In this document: positions 22,579 to 34,006 of the stretch, one piece after another | How the letters are laid out: each line of letters begins with the position of its first letter | Position numbering within the stretch: the stretch's first letter is position 1 | Source of the DNA: Octopus bimaculoides | Lineage: Eukaryota | Direction of reading: 5' to 3' | NCBI RefSeq assembly: GCF_001194135.2 | Contig: NC_068986.1 | Span: 50,251,157-50,288,692, forward strand | DNA: 37,536 nt | Made by a program: the position numbers and the translations under genes | Notes under the pieces: generated by a model | The model's database searches: none | Told to the model about the DNA's origin: nothing | What the model saw: the letters and a program-made list of their open reading frames with translations, nothing else

Positions 22579-23397
22579 ATGTTTGTGTGTCTGCGTTTAC
22601 GTCCCCGTTACTTAGCGGTTCGGCAAAAGAGACCGATAGAATAAGTCCCGGGGTCGATTTGATCGACTAAAGGTGGTGCTCCAACATGGCTGCAGTCAAA
22701 TGACTGAAACAAGTAAAAGAGTAATGCAGAAACCTGGATAAGCACCACATTGTCAAGCCCAAACTTCTGCTCCCTCCAAGGTAAACTGAGTTCTTCAGGA
22801 TCTCTAAATACTCCTTTGTGCCGATCTTCAAGCCAGACTCAATGACATGTGGATCCATGACACTTCCATCACTCGCCACGGCTCCAAATACCATCACACA
22901 GTGGGGACGTCAGAAGAGTTGTATGCAATCCCTCGAGAATTTCTGCGATCCACCTCCGCGTCCATAGTGAACTTCTCGTCCACAAACACGACAGTTTTTC
23001 CCCGCACCTCGATGCTTGATGTATGACAGAAGCTTTTGGGCATCTCTCGGCTCTGATTACGTTTGACCGTGGCCGTTAGAAGGTGACGGCATCGTCGAAC
23101 ATAGTTAGTTGCTGTTCTTGTTCACAGCTCTGGACACCATGGAAAGGGACACATTGCGGGTTTTTTTTTTTTTTTTTTTTTGCAAGAGTTGTCGTGGATT
23201 TGGATGGGTTCGCTTCAACTGAGTGTTTTGAGGTCAGCGAGAGACTTTGGATTCCGCTTGGCATCACTTCGACTTTTGTGTTCTTTTCTCTCAATCTTTC
23301 CCTCTTCTTTAAATTGCTTATACACCAGATAACCTGTTGCTTTCAGAAGTTTCGTCCACTCCAAAGCAACAATGGCAGAACGATTCTGTTGTTCCAT
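22094..23397 (-). pseudogene. Frameshifted maT-type transposase
   Basis: MEQQNRSAIVAL..., KRNP..S, VVFVDEKFT (first D), VFGAVASDG, IQ[V]SALCH (second D site) and WPSNSPNFNLI[N]Y (third D site), with 37 residues between the last two sites. Confidence 0.85.
22381..22721 (+). mobile_element. S1 SINE nested in the transposase
   Basis: Flanked by TAATG at 22376-22380 and 22722-22726; removing it restores ATC CAG GTT TCT GCA TTA TGC CAT on the minus strand. Confidence 0.92.
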
Positions 23398-24609
23398 GAC
23401 TTTCTTTTGTCGAATCATTTCGCTATTTACCTGAAAAATAAAGAAGAGGGTTAGATTTTCAAGCAAGGTTTTGTCAAAAAATGAAATGTTAAACCCACTA
23501 AGTCAACTGCTTAAAATTGATTTCAATTTGTCTGCAAGACCCTGTATATATATATATATATATATACATACATATATATATATGCCCTAACTCTTCGAAA
23601 CGCCAGTGTTATAATGGTGGCAGCTGATGAAGGAAATGTTCTCTATGTGGCCTGTGTGTTTTCTGCACCTTTTTTATCATTTTGTCCATGTTTTTTTTGC
23701 AACGTCATGTACCCAGACATGCATCTATATATACATGTAGGTGAAGGTATGTACATACATGTACATATATATGCATATACTCATATATTATATATACATA
23801 NNNNNNNNNNNNNNNNNNNNNNNNNNNNNNNNNNNNNNNNNNNNNNNNNNNNNNNNNNNNNNNNNNNNNNNNNNNNNNNNNNNNNNNNNNNNNNNNNNNN
23901 NNNNNNNNNNNNNNNNNNNNNNNNNNNNNNNNNNNNNNNNNNNNNNNNNNNNNNNNNNNNNNNNNNNNNNNNNNNNNNNNNNNNNNNNNNNNNATATATA
24001 TATATATATATACTAGCAGAAATAATGAACATTAAAAATTCCGTGTTGATTACGTAGGAATATTCACTCCTCCCTCCCACAACACTTACTACTTCTCACT
24101 TATCTCTGATTTTCTTTCCCATTCTCTTTCTCTCTTTATACTTTATTTTTTTTTTTAATTCTTCAATTCCATACTCCTCACCTTCACATTTTCAATCTCC
24201 AGCTCATTCTTTCTCCTCCCTTTCTCTCCCTCATACACACACACACATTCAAATGTTCTCTCTTCCTTCTACTCCGGTCCTCATATACTCTTCCTCTCTC
24301 TACGTCTCCCTTTCTTAGCTTCACATTCTTCATTCCATCTTTGACACCCACTTGGTTACATAAACTGTAATGGCACACACGCACGCATCTATATACATAT
24401 ATACACAGGCACATACTTATTCAAACAGCTGTTGTTGTGTTTGTGATGTTATTTATTCTTAAAATTACTTGATATTTATCTTTTTAGCGTTGTAAATTTT
24501 TTTGTCCCTGTTGCGCCTGCAGTTATTAAAAATAATATATTCATATTTGTATGTAGCTCCGAGATGAATTTTTCCACAACTCTCATTCGCAGATATTTTG
24601 TCATATTGT

Positions 24610-24950
24610 TTTTTTTTTTTTTTTACTTGTCTATCAGTCATTTGACTGCGGCCACGCTGGGGCACTGCCTTGAAGAGTTTTTAAGTCGAACAAATCGACC
24701 CGAGGATTTTTTTTAAAGTTTAGTACTTATTCTATCGGTTGTTTTGCCGAACCGCTAAGTTACGGGGACGTAAACAAACCAGCGATGGTTGCACACACAC
24801 ACGCACACATGACAAGCTTCTTTCAGTTTCCGTCTACCAAATCCACTCAGAAGGCTTCGGTTGGCCCAAGACACTTGCTCAAGATACCGCGCAGTGGAAC
24901 TGAACCCAGAACCATACGGTTGAGAAGCGAGCTTCTTACCATACAGCCAC
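24610..24950 (-). mobile_element. S1 SINE with internal deletions
   Basis: cagtcatttgactgcggccacgctgg...cttaccatacagcc. Confidence 0.88.
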
Positions 24951-25039
24951 GTCTATGATGTTACAAGAGAATTTTTATCTCTACAATAAGCATCTTGCAG
25001 TTAGTTATATTGGAGGCTTGCTAAATCAGTAATAATGAA

Positions 25040-25285
25040 TCTCATTTCGTCTTAGGTGTCGGACCAGAAAGAAGAATGTTGGCATTCCTTCGAAATTGAT
25101 CTACAGTGTCTGGGTGTGAAGAGACGACGTCGTTCGCTCGCTTTTTCAGCCCAAGGGAATCTTATGTGGGTGAATGACGTCATGTGCCAAAATCGAAGGA
25201 GTGCCAAAATGTTACACAACACACATCAAAGATTCAATCTTTCGTGGTACGCGGCTGAACTACTATTACTACTACTACTACTACT
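25040..25285 (+). mobile_element. RTE-like LINE 3' end with (TAC)n tail
   Basis: Reads ...CWHSFEIDLQCLGVKRRRR...AQGNLMW..., resembling the 'W...VE.DL..LG......A.DR..W' C-terminus, followed by a trinucleotide tail. Confidence 0.55.
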
Positions 25286-25512
25286 TACGGTTTTGACACA
25301 AATCTTGCAGCTTGTTTCTTAAGTGGGATGTGAAATGGGTTAATCCATACCATTCTACCCCAGTACTTGATCCTGATGAAATTATTCAATTTTATTTTGT
25401 ATTTGTATTATAACACGACATAAAAATACACGCACGCACGCACACGCATAAACACATACATGAATACATGCACACACACACACATGTTTATATACACACA
25501 CACACACACACT

Positions 25513-25657
25513 GGTGTTGATGTATGGTTGAATGACAAAATTCAAGCTCGTCTGCTAGTTCCTCAACAGGATGGGATTTTGTTCCATTGGAGTTTGCAGG
25601 ACGTCCTAGTCGGGCTCTACAGATCTTCCAGGACGAGGATCGTCTTCTAGGCTGTAG

Positions 25658-25659
<2 letters not shown>
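25513..25659 (-). pseudogene. Mariner (DD34D-type) transposase N-terminal/HTH fragment
   Basis: NYSLEDDPRPGRSVEPD*...EELADELEFCHSTIHQH (one frameshift) resembles the mariner 'SLEDE.RSGRP...E.AE.L....ST+..HL' motif. Confidence 0.7.
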
Positions 25660-25700
<41 letters not shown>

Positions 25701-26739
25701 ACACACACATGTTTATGCATAATGAATCGGAAGAAATACTGCTTAAGCATTTTGTTTGATGCCCTAAAGATTCTGCCAGCTCACCGCCTTGTGGTTATAA
25801 CACCAATTAGAATGGTAATGTCTAACCTTTCCACGAGGGTACGATTCACCCCCACGCCATCACCAATCTTTGATTAAACTGATTCTGGTACGTGATTGTC
25901 TTTCTTTTCTTATTTCATCGACCACGGAAGGAGATGATAGGAAAAGCGGGCCACAGCGTGAAATGAATTCGAACTTGAAGTCTCCAAATCCATTAACTAC
26001 TGGAAACATTTTGTCCGGTGCTCAGCTGCGTCTATGACGTCCAACATTTCTAATTATTATGTTTCTAACATAAAGCCAACAGCTGTATTTGGTGGGAGGG
26101 CTTGACTGATTACATTGATACCTGCATGTAATTGGTATTTTATTTACTGTACCGAGTCCTGAGAGATGGAATGCAAAGTTGACCTCAAACTCAAAATGTA
26201 AAGAGTAAGAATGAAAAACTGCAAAACGTTTTGACCGACGCTCTAACGTTTCTGTCAATCCACACACAGTGGAGGTTCCCTACTTTGGTTACTCTGGTAG
26301 AGCCCTTTAGATAATAATAACCAGCTGATATGATAAGCAGGGGATATAATAATATCCTAGGACCCACTAAGTTTGTTAACAACCATTTCCGTTTAATAAC
26401 TTTGTCCGTGATTATAAGTTACTTCCTTTCTCTCTCTCCACCCCACCCCCACACACACACACACTCACAACAGCTTCCAAGCTTCACCACTAATTTAGTT
26501 CTCAACTAAATTGCAAACTGTTAACAGTTTTAAAGAGGACACTTCCTCATATATATATATAGCACTTGTTCGGTTTGTATCTTTTGCCGATCCAGAGTTA
26601 AAGAGACATAAACAAACCAGCACCGGTTGTCGAGCANNNNNNNNNNAACTGCAGTAGAATATATACATTCGCCCCTGATGACGCACAATGGGACCGAACC
26701 CGAAACCATGCAGTTAGTTGCAAAGCGAGCTTCTTATTT

Positions 26740-26968
26740 CTTTATTGCCCACCAGGGGCTAAACATAGAGGGGACAAACAAGGACAGACAAAGGGACTAC
26801 GTCGATTATATCGACCCCAGTGCGTAACTGGTACTTAATTTATCGACTCCGAAAGGATGAAAGGCAAAGTCGACCTCGGCGGAATTTGAACTCAGAACGT
26901 AACGGCAAACGAAATACCGCTTAGCATTTCGCCCGGCGTGCTAACGTTTCTGCCCGCTCGCCGCCTTC
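26740..26968 (-). mobile_element. S2 SINE, full length
   Basis: Reverse complement of the 21743 family. Confidence 0.93.
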
Positions 26969-27165
26969 TTAACCCGCCCAGCCAGCCGTGCCTGCGCCTG
27001 TGTGTGTCTGTGAGCATAGTTTAATGTATGTGAGTGATATTTAAACAAACTGCGGCGAGAGCATGGTAAACAGTAACAGTTACACTTTATCATTTTCTCT
27101 GGTATTGCAGCTTCAGTATACACACGCACACACAGTCTCTCTTTCTCTCTGTCTCTCTGTGTCTG

Positions 27166-27205
<40 letters not shown>

Positions 27206-27465
27206 GTACATTAGAGTAGAAAGAGATACAAGCATTTGAGTCGGCCGTAAGGAAGGCCCACTGGTTGTTCAAAGTGTTTTTCTTAACAAGCTGAGTTAGT
27301 GTTGTTTGATAATGTTGTAGCGGTTGATTTTTGTTTTTTTGTTTGTTCGTTTCTTTTTATATTGTTATGGCTGTTTTCTTTTTTCTTTTTCTTCCGTTTG
27401 TTTTTGACCTTGTTGTTGTTTTAGTAATTGATAATGTTGCTGTTTTACCGCTGCTGATAATTTGG

Positions 27466-27497
<32 letters not shown>

Positions 27498-27969
27498 GGT
27501 GTTGCTATTGCGGTTTGATGACGTTCGCTGGTTAAACGAGCCATGTACATGGGCAAAAGTTGTTCGACTTATCACCATGACAACCAGAACACACTGAAAC
27601 TGACAAGGTAGTGGAAAGCTAGGTGAGGGGAGGACGAGGACGAAGCGTTGTATGAAGAGAAGGAGTGGGAGGTGTACGAAATTAGAGACACAATAAGTGG
27701 TAATAACACCGAGAGACAACGAGGGATTGAGAACCTCCATGTGGTCAATTGTCTGGCTAGAAACAGCAGCCAAATCATTTATTAAACCACATTAGCGACT
27801 TACAAATAAAATTGAGAATATTGGATAGTGTAGTCTTAGATTTCTCACGCAGAGAGAATAAAAATAATGAATAAACGACGTGGTCACGGATGGAGTGTCT
27901 TTGATCATTTTGTCTGCTTGATCAAGGCTTACGTAGGGTAGCAACAGCAACAACACTTATGGAAGTCTT

Positions 27970-28360
27970 TCATCTTTTTCTTTTACTTCTTTCAATAATT
28001 GGACTGCGGTCATGCTGGGGCAGCGCCTTGAATAGTAATACGAACAAATCGACCACGTACTTATTTATTTTTAAGTCTGCTGTTTATTCTATCAGACTCT
28101 TTTGTCGAATTGCTACGTTTCGAGGACGTAAAGAAACCAACAGCGGTTGTCAAGCGGTAGGGGAGGATAACAAACACAAAGATACGCGCATAGGCGCAGG
28201 AGTGGCTGTATGGTAAGTAGCTTGCCCTCCAACCACATGGTTCTGGGTTCAGTCCCACTGCGTAGCACCTTGGGCACGTTGTCTTCTACTATAGCCTCGG
28301 GCCGACCAAAGCCTTGTGAGTGGATTTGGTAGACGGAAACTGAAAGAAGCCCGTCGTATA
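27970..28360. mobile_element. Antisense S1 3' half (27970-28175) abutting a sense S1 5' half (28192-28360)
   Basis: ggactgcggtcatgctgg...caaacacaaagatacgcgcat|aggcgcaggagtggctgtatgg. Confidence 0.85.
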
Positions 28361-29200
28361 TATATATATATATATNNNNNNNNNNNNNNNNNNNNNNNNN
28401 NNNNNNNNNNNNNNNNNNNNNNNNNNNNNNNNNNNNNNNNNNNNNNNNNNNNNNNNNNNNNNNNNNNNNNNNNNNNNNNNNNNNNNNNNNNNNNNNNNNN
28501 NNNNNNNNNNNNNNNNNNNNNNNNNNNNNNNNNNNNNNNNNNNNNNNNNNNNNNNNNNNNNNNNNNNNNNNNNNNNNNNNNNNNNNNNNNNNNNNNNNNN
28601 NNNNNNNNNNNNNNNNNNNNNNNNNNNNNNNNNNNNNNNNNNNNNNNNNNNNNNNNNNNNNNNNNNNNNNNNNNNNNNNNNNNNNNNNNNNNNNNNNNNN
28701 NNNNNNNNNNNNNNNNNNNNNNNNNNNNNNNNNNNNNNNNNNNNNNNNNNNNNNNNNNNNNNNNNNNNNNNNNNNNNNNNNNNNNNNNNNNNNNNNNNNN
28801 NNNNNNNNNNNNNNNNNNNNNNNNNNNNNNNNNNNNNNNNNNNNNNNNNNNNNNNNNNNNNNNNNNNNNNNNNNNNNNNNNNNNNNNNNNNNNNNNNNNN
28901 NNNNNNNNNNNNNNNNNNNNNNNNNNNNNNNNNNNNNNNNNNNNNNNNNCTGAAAAAAGCCTGTCGTATATAGATATATCTGTGTATGTGTGTATTTTTG
29001 TTTTGTCCCCTTCCGCCGCTTCACAACCGCTGTTGGTGTGTTTACGTCTCCGACAAGATAAAATCAGTACCAGGCTTACAAAAAATATATGTATAGTTAG
29101 GTCCATTCGTTCGACCGAAGTTCTTCAAGTCGGTGCCCCAGAATGGCCACTGTGTAATGACTAACACAAGTTACACAAAAGATATATATATATATATATA

Positions 29201-29806
29201 TTCTTTTACTCATTTACTTGTTTCAGTCATTCGACTGCGGCCATGCTGGAGCACCGCCTTTTAGTCGAAGAAATTGACGCCAGAACTTATTCTTTGTAAG
29301 TTTGGCACTTATTCTATCGGTCTTTTTGCCGAACCGCTAAGTCACACACCAACATCAGTTGTCAAGCAACAGTGGGGGAGGGGGACAAACACAGACACAA
29401 AGACACGCACATAAATATATATGTGCGGCAATGTGGTAAGTAGCTTGCTTACCAACCACATGGTTCAGAGTTCAGTCCCACTGCGTGGCACCTTAGGCAA
29501 GTGTCTTCTAGTATAGCTTCGGACCGACCAAAGCCTTCTGAGTGGATTTGGTAGACGGAAATTGAAAGAACCCCGCCGTATGTGTGTGTGTATTTGTGTG
29601 TGTGTGTGTTTGTCCTCCTCCACCATCACTTGATAACCGATGTTGGTGTGTTTACGTCCTCGTAAACTAGCGGTTCGGTAAAAGAGACCGATAAAATAAG
29701 TACTAGGCTTACAAAGAATGAGTGCTGGGGTCGATTTGTTCGACTAAAGGCGGTGCTCCAGCATGGCCGCAGTCAAATGACTGAAACAAGTCAAAAAGTA
29801 AAAGAG
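29201..29806. mobile_element. Antisense S1 3' half (29201-29410) followed by a sense full-length S1 (~29427-29806)
   Basis: Seen directly; the two ends are mutual reverse complements. Confidence 0.9.
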
Positions 29807-30614
29807 TATTTACCCATGCCTACACAACGCATCTTTCACGAATGATGTTTCACATGCGTGCGTTGCGAATTATATTAATTAGAGGCATGCCCGTAAGTGT
29901 TTGTGTGTGTGTGTGTGTGTGCGTGTGTGTGTGTGTGAATGTCACGAACCAGAGTTTGATGTACAGCAAATTGTTTTCATTCTTTATCACCATCTTCATC
30001 GTCATCATCATCATCGTCGTCATTCATCATAGAGTCGAGGTAGCTCGGATTCGCATATCTCTCGCCCATCCACTCTGCCCCCATCTGTATCTTACATAGA
30101 CCCTCATCCCCTCACCCACTTGGCATGTGACAGTTCTTCTTAGTGACATTCTATGTTATCTGTTAACCCATCGGCATATGTCTACGTAGGACGGACCGAC
30201 CAATCTACGCAGATTTATACCATTTCGGGCTGCGTAAAATAAGGTGGACTCCTTGGGAAGCCTTACCCGGAGTCTTTCGTCTACTGGTACAGTGTTAACA
30301 TCATCTCTTCACTTGGTTTATTCCACTAGCTGACGTTGGGTACCAGGGTGTGACGTTTGGAGCCACCGAGTGAGAGATTAGGATTTGAATGAGGACCAGT
30401 GGCACCTCTCCACCTGACCGACCATTCCTGGCAAAGTGCAGCTGGCAGACACGAAAGGTATCACCTCTAATGTCAGAGGCCAAAGTGTGTCTCAGTTAGA
30501 GGCATGCGGTTGTGGCTAACAGTTCGGAGAGTAATGGGCGACGCCAAGCTAACTTGCTCTCGATACATTCATGATGATGATGACAAACAGGTCAGAAGCC
30601 ATACGGCGTCGGTC

Positions 30615-30765
30615 ATCACCCGGGTTATCATCAGAAAGAGTGGACGGGTCTCAATTTCTCCGACTCACAGAAGAAGATCGAGACAAGTGGCGAAAGCTGG
30701 TTGATACGTCATCATCGAATAGCATGACGATCTCACGGTCAAGGGAGAGGAAGGAAGGAAGGAAT
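30615..30765 (+). mobile_element. RTE-like LINE 3' end fragment
   Basis: ...EWTGLNFSDSQ / EDRDKWRKLVDTSS (frameshifted) matches the RTE C-terminal 'EWTG....A.DR..WR..V' pattern. Confidence 0.6.
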
Positions 30766-30894
30766 GCAGAGTGGAAGGAAGGAAAACAGAAGTTGTTCTG
30801 AAGACGATGTCCTAAAGGAGCTGTTCTTCCTGTGACGAACACATTAGCTTATTTGTGTTCAAATCTGCTGGGACGTATTAGGAAAAAATATGCA

Positions 30895-31026
30895 AGGCGC
30901 AGGAGTGGCTGTATGGTAAGTAGCTAGCTTACCAACCACATGGTTCCGGGTTCAGTCCCACTGCGCAGCACCTTAGCTTTGTGATTGAATTTGGTAGACG
31001 GAAACTGAAAGAAGCCAGTCGTATAT

Positions 31027-31087
<61 letters not shown>

Positions 31088-31291
31088 TATGTCTGTGTTT
31101 GTCTCTCCACCCTCGCTTGACTACTGATGCTGGTGTGTTTATGTACCCTTAACTTAGTAGTTCGGCAAAAGAGACCGATAGAATAAGCACTAAGCTTACA
31201 AAGAATAAGTCCAGGGGTCGATCTGTTCGACTAAAGGCGGTGCTCCAGCATGGCCGCAGTCAAATGACTGAAACAGATAAAAGAGTAAAAG
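30895..31291 (+). mobile_element. S1 SINE with a deletion in the CORE-like segment; an extra 3' fragment follows at ~31310-31410
   Basis: aggcgcaggagtggctgtatgg...gactgaaacagataaaagagtaaaa. Confidence 0.9.
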
Positions 31292-31629
31292 GTACACAAC
31301 GTCTGTAATGGCTAACCAAAAGAGATCGATAGAATAAGTACTAGTCTTACAAAGAATAAGTCCTGGGATCGATTTGCTCGACTGACTGAAACAAGTAAAA
31401 AGAGAGAAACGGGTAAACATATAGCACAAAATATAAAATAAAACAGAAAGAATAAAAGAAAAAAATATATCGGTTCATTCCAGTACAAGTAGAAAGAAAA
31501 TTGACTTGTAGAACTTAAAGAACAGAAAAAAATTATTTTACAGCAGGCCAATGGGGCCCAGTTGACCCCAATGTTGATATTTTATGCTATAACATTCATA
31601 ATGATTGGAAATTTTTAACTCAAAATTAT

Positions 31630-31977
31630 TACTCTTTACTCTCTTTTACTCTTTTACTTGTTTCAGTCATTTGACTGCGGCCATCCTGGAGCACCGCCTT
31701 TTTTTTTTTAGTCGAGCAAATCGACCCCGAGACTTATTCTTTGGAAGCCTAGTACTTATTCTATCGGTCTGTTTTGCCGAACCACTAAGTTACGAGGACG
31801 TAAACACACCAGCATCGGTTGTCAAGCGATGCTGGGGGGACACACACAGACACACAAATACACACACACATATACATATATACGACGGGTTTCTTTCGGT
31901 TTCCGTCTACAAAATCCACTCACAAGGCTTTGGTCGGCCCGGGGCTATAGTAGAAGACACTTGCTCAAGGTGCCAAG
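31630..31977 (-). mobile_element. S1 SINE, 5'-truncated
   Basis: Tail repeat through to gacacttgctcaaggtgcca. Confidence 0.93.
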
Positions 31978-32577
31978 CAATAAAAATCATAAAAAATGTA
32001 AAAGTTGCATAATTTCAAAAATTTGCTGGTGTCCCAGTGGACCCCCGCCAACCCACGGGGAGTTAATCGCCTCCAATCCATTTAAGCCAGTTTCTTTCCT
32101 CGGTGACCCCACTATCTTCATAAAAAAAACCTTATCTCTTCTATCTCAGACCACATACATCAAGCCTGACCCTACTTAATTTATGTCTGATGTATGTGTG
32201 TATGTGTGAGTGAGTGAGTTCGTGTGACGTGTGTTGTGAGAGAAACAAGCTGATCCCCTTTTAACATTATCCCAACGATATATGTCTATACGATACACTG
32301 ATTGTTCAAATTACTTGTTGGCTTACTTTGGTCGTCTGGCTATCTTCTTTCCTTTACTGGTTCCCCCCTCCCCCACACCTCTTTTCATGTGTACCTTTTT
32401 CATTTTTCTTTGCTTCCCTTTGGCAAATCGTTTCTTTATCTTTCCCTTATATTTTCTCTTCGGTCCGTTTTCCGTTTATCTTTTCCTCTTCCTCTTCTTT
32501 TTTCTTTTTCTTTTATTTTTGTTTCCTGCTTGCCTGTTTCTGTCCTTTCGTTTCTTTTCTTTTCTTCTTTTTCTCCT

Positions 32578-32810
32578 TATTTCTTTATTGCCCCACAAGG
32601 GGCTAAACATAGAGGGGACAAACAAGCACAGACAAAGGGATTAAGTCGATTATATCGACCCAGTGCATAACTGGTACTCATTTTATCGACCCCGAAAGGA
32701 TAAAAAGGCAAAGTCGACCTCGGTGGAATTTGAACTCAGAACGTAACGGCAGACGAAATACCGCTAAGCACTTCGCCCGGCGTGCTAACGTTTCTGCCAG
32801 CTCGCCGCCT
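32578..32810 (-). mobile_element. S2 SINE, full length
   Basis: Closely similar to 26740-26968. Confidence 0.93.
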
Positions 32811-33152
32811 TTTCTCCTTCTTAGTTACAGGTCAGCTTTAATCGTGCAGAACTATGACTCCCAGGATAGTCAGCCGATCGGACGTATTNNNNNNNNNNNN
32901 NNNNNNNNNNNNNNNNNNNNNNNNNNNNNNNNNNNNNNNNNNNNNNNNNNNNNNNNNNNNNNNNNNNNNNNNNNNNNNNNNNNNNNNNNNNNNNNNNNNN
33001 NNNNNNNNNNNNNNNNNNNNNNNNNNNNNNNNNNNNNNNNNNNNNNNNNNNNNNNNNNNNNNNNNNNNNNNNNNNNNNNNNNNNNNNNNNNNNNNNNNNN
33101 NNNNNNNNNNNNNNNNNNNNNNNNNNNNNNNNNNNNNNNNNATCTTTATTTT

Positions 33153-33546
33153 TGTTGTTGTTGTTGTTGGCACTCCGTCACTTACGACGCCGAGGGTTCC
33201 AGTTGATCCGATCACCGGAACAGCCTGCTCGTGAAATTAACGGGCAAGTGGCTGAGCACTCCACAGACACGTGTACCCTTAACGTAGCTCTCGGGGATAT
33301 TCAGCGTGACACAGTGTTACAAGGCTGACCTTTTGAATTACAGGCACAACAGAAACAGGAAGAAAGAGTGAGAGAAAGTTGTGGTGAAAGAGTACAGCAG
33401 GGTTCGCCACCATCCCCTGCCGGAGCCTCGTGGAGCTTAAGGTGTTTTCGCTCAATAAACACTCACAACGCCCGGTCTGGGAATCGAAACCGCGACCCTA
33501 TGACAGCGAGTCCGCTGCCCTAACAACTGGGCCATTGTGCCCCCAC
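33153..33546 (-). mobile_element. S3 SINE, full length with (AAC)n tail
   Basis: Closely similar to 2907-3293. Confidence 0.93.
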
Positions 33547-33974
33547 TTAGTCTTTGTATAACTTCTTTTTTTTACTATAAGCAGAAGGCCTGGAATTTTG
33601 GGGGAGGAGGCTGGTCGGTTACATCGATGTCAGTGCTCAATTGGTACTTATTTCATGGACCCCTTTCAGTTTTCGTCTAACCAAATCCACTCACAAGGCT
33701 TTGGGCGGTTCTATAGTAGAAGACACTTGCCCAAGGTGCCACGCTGTGATACTGAACTCGGAACAATGAGGTCGAGAAGCAAGCTTCTTACCACACACAC
33801 ACACACACAATACACAAGACACAAGACACAAATACACACATACACACACACATATATATGTATATAAGCATCTGTATATGATGCTGTAAGGTACTAAGGC
33901 GTAGCGAAAACGCGTTAATGGAGTTGATGTAGACAGCACACACGCATGTGTGTATGTATGCATGTATGTATGTA

Positions 33975-34006
<32 letters not shown>

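Larger units (their letters stand above)
21996..23544 (-). mobile_element. Tc1/mariner element, DD37D (maT-type), degenerate
   Basis: TA|cagggtcttgcagataaat ... atttgtctgcaagaccctg|TA TIRs; about 1.2 kb after removing the nested SINE; transposase remnants on the minus strand. Confidence 0.9.

Noticed and set aside
23590-23635. GAAAC...CTGATGA as a circularly permuted (type II) hammerhead
   Set aside because: No NUH triplet (GCC), and stem I does not pair.
27640-27782. Acidic open frame GEDEDEALYEEKEWEVYEIRD...
   Set aside because: Purine-rich low-complexity origin, in-frame stop just upstream, no usable splice sites.
31540-32066. Possible piggyBac-like MITE (ggggt/cccag..gacccc motifs, TTAA at the right end) split by an S1 SINE
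   Set aside because: No matching left TIR or TTAA could be identified.
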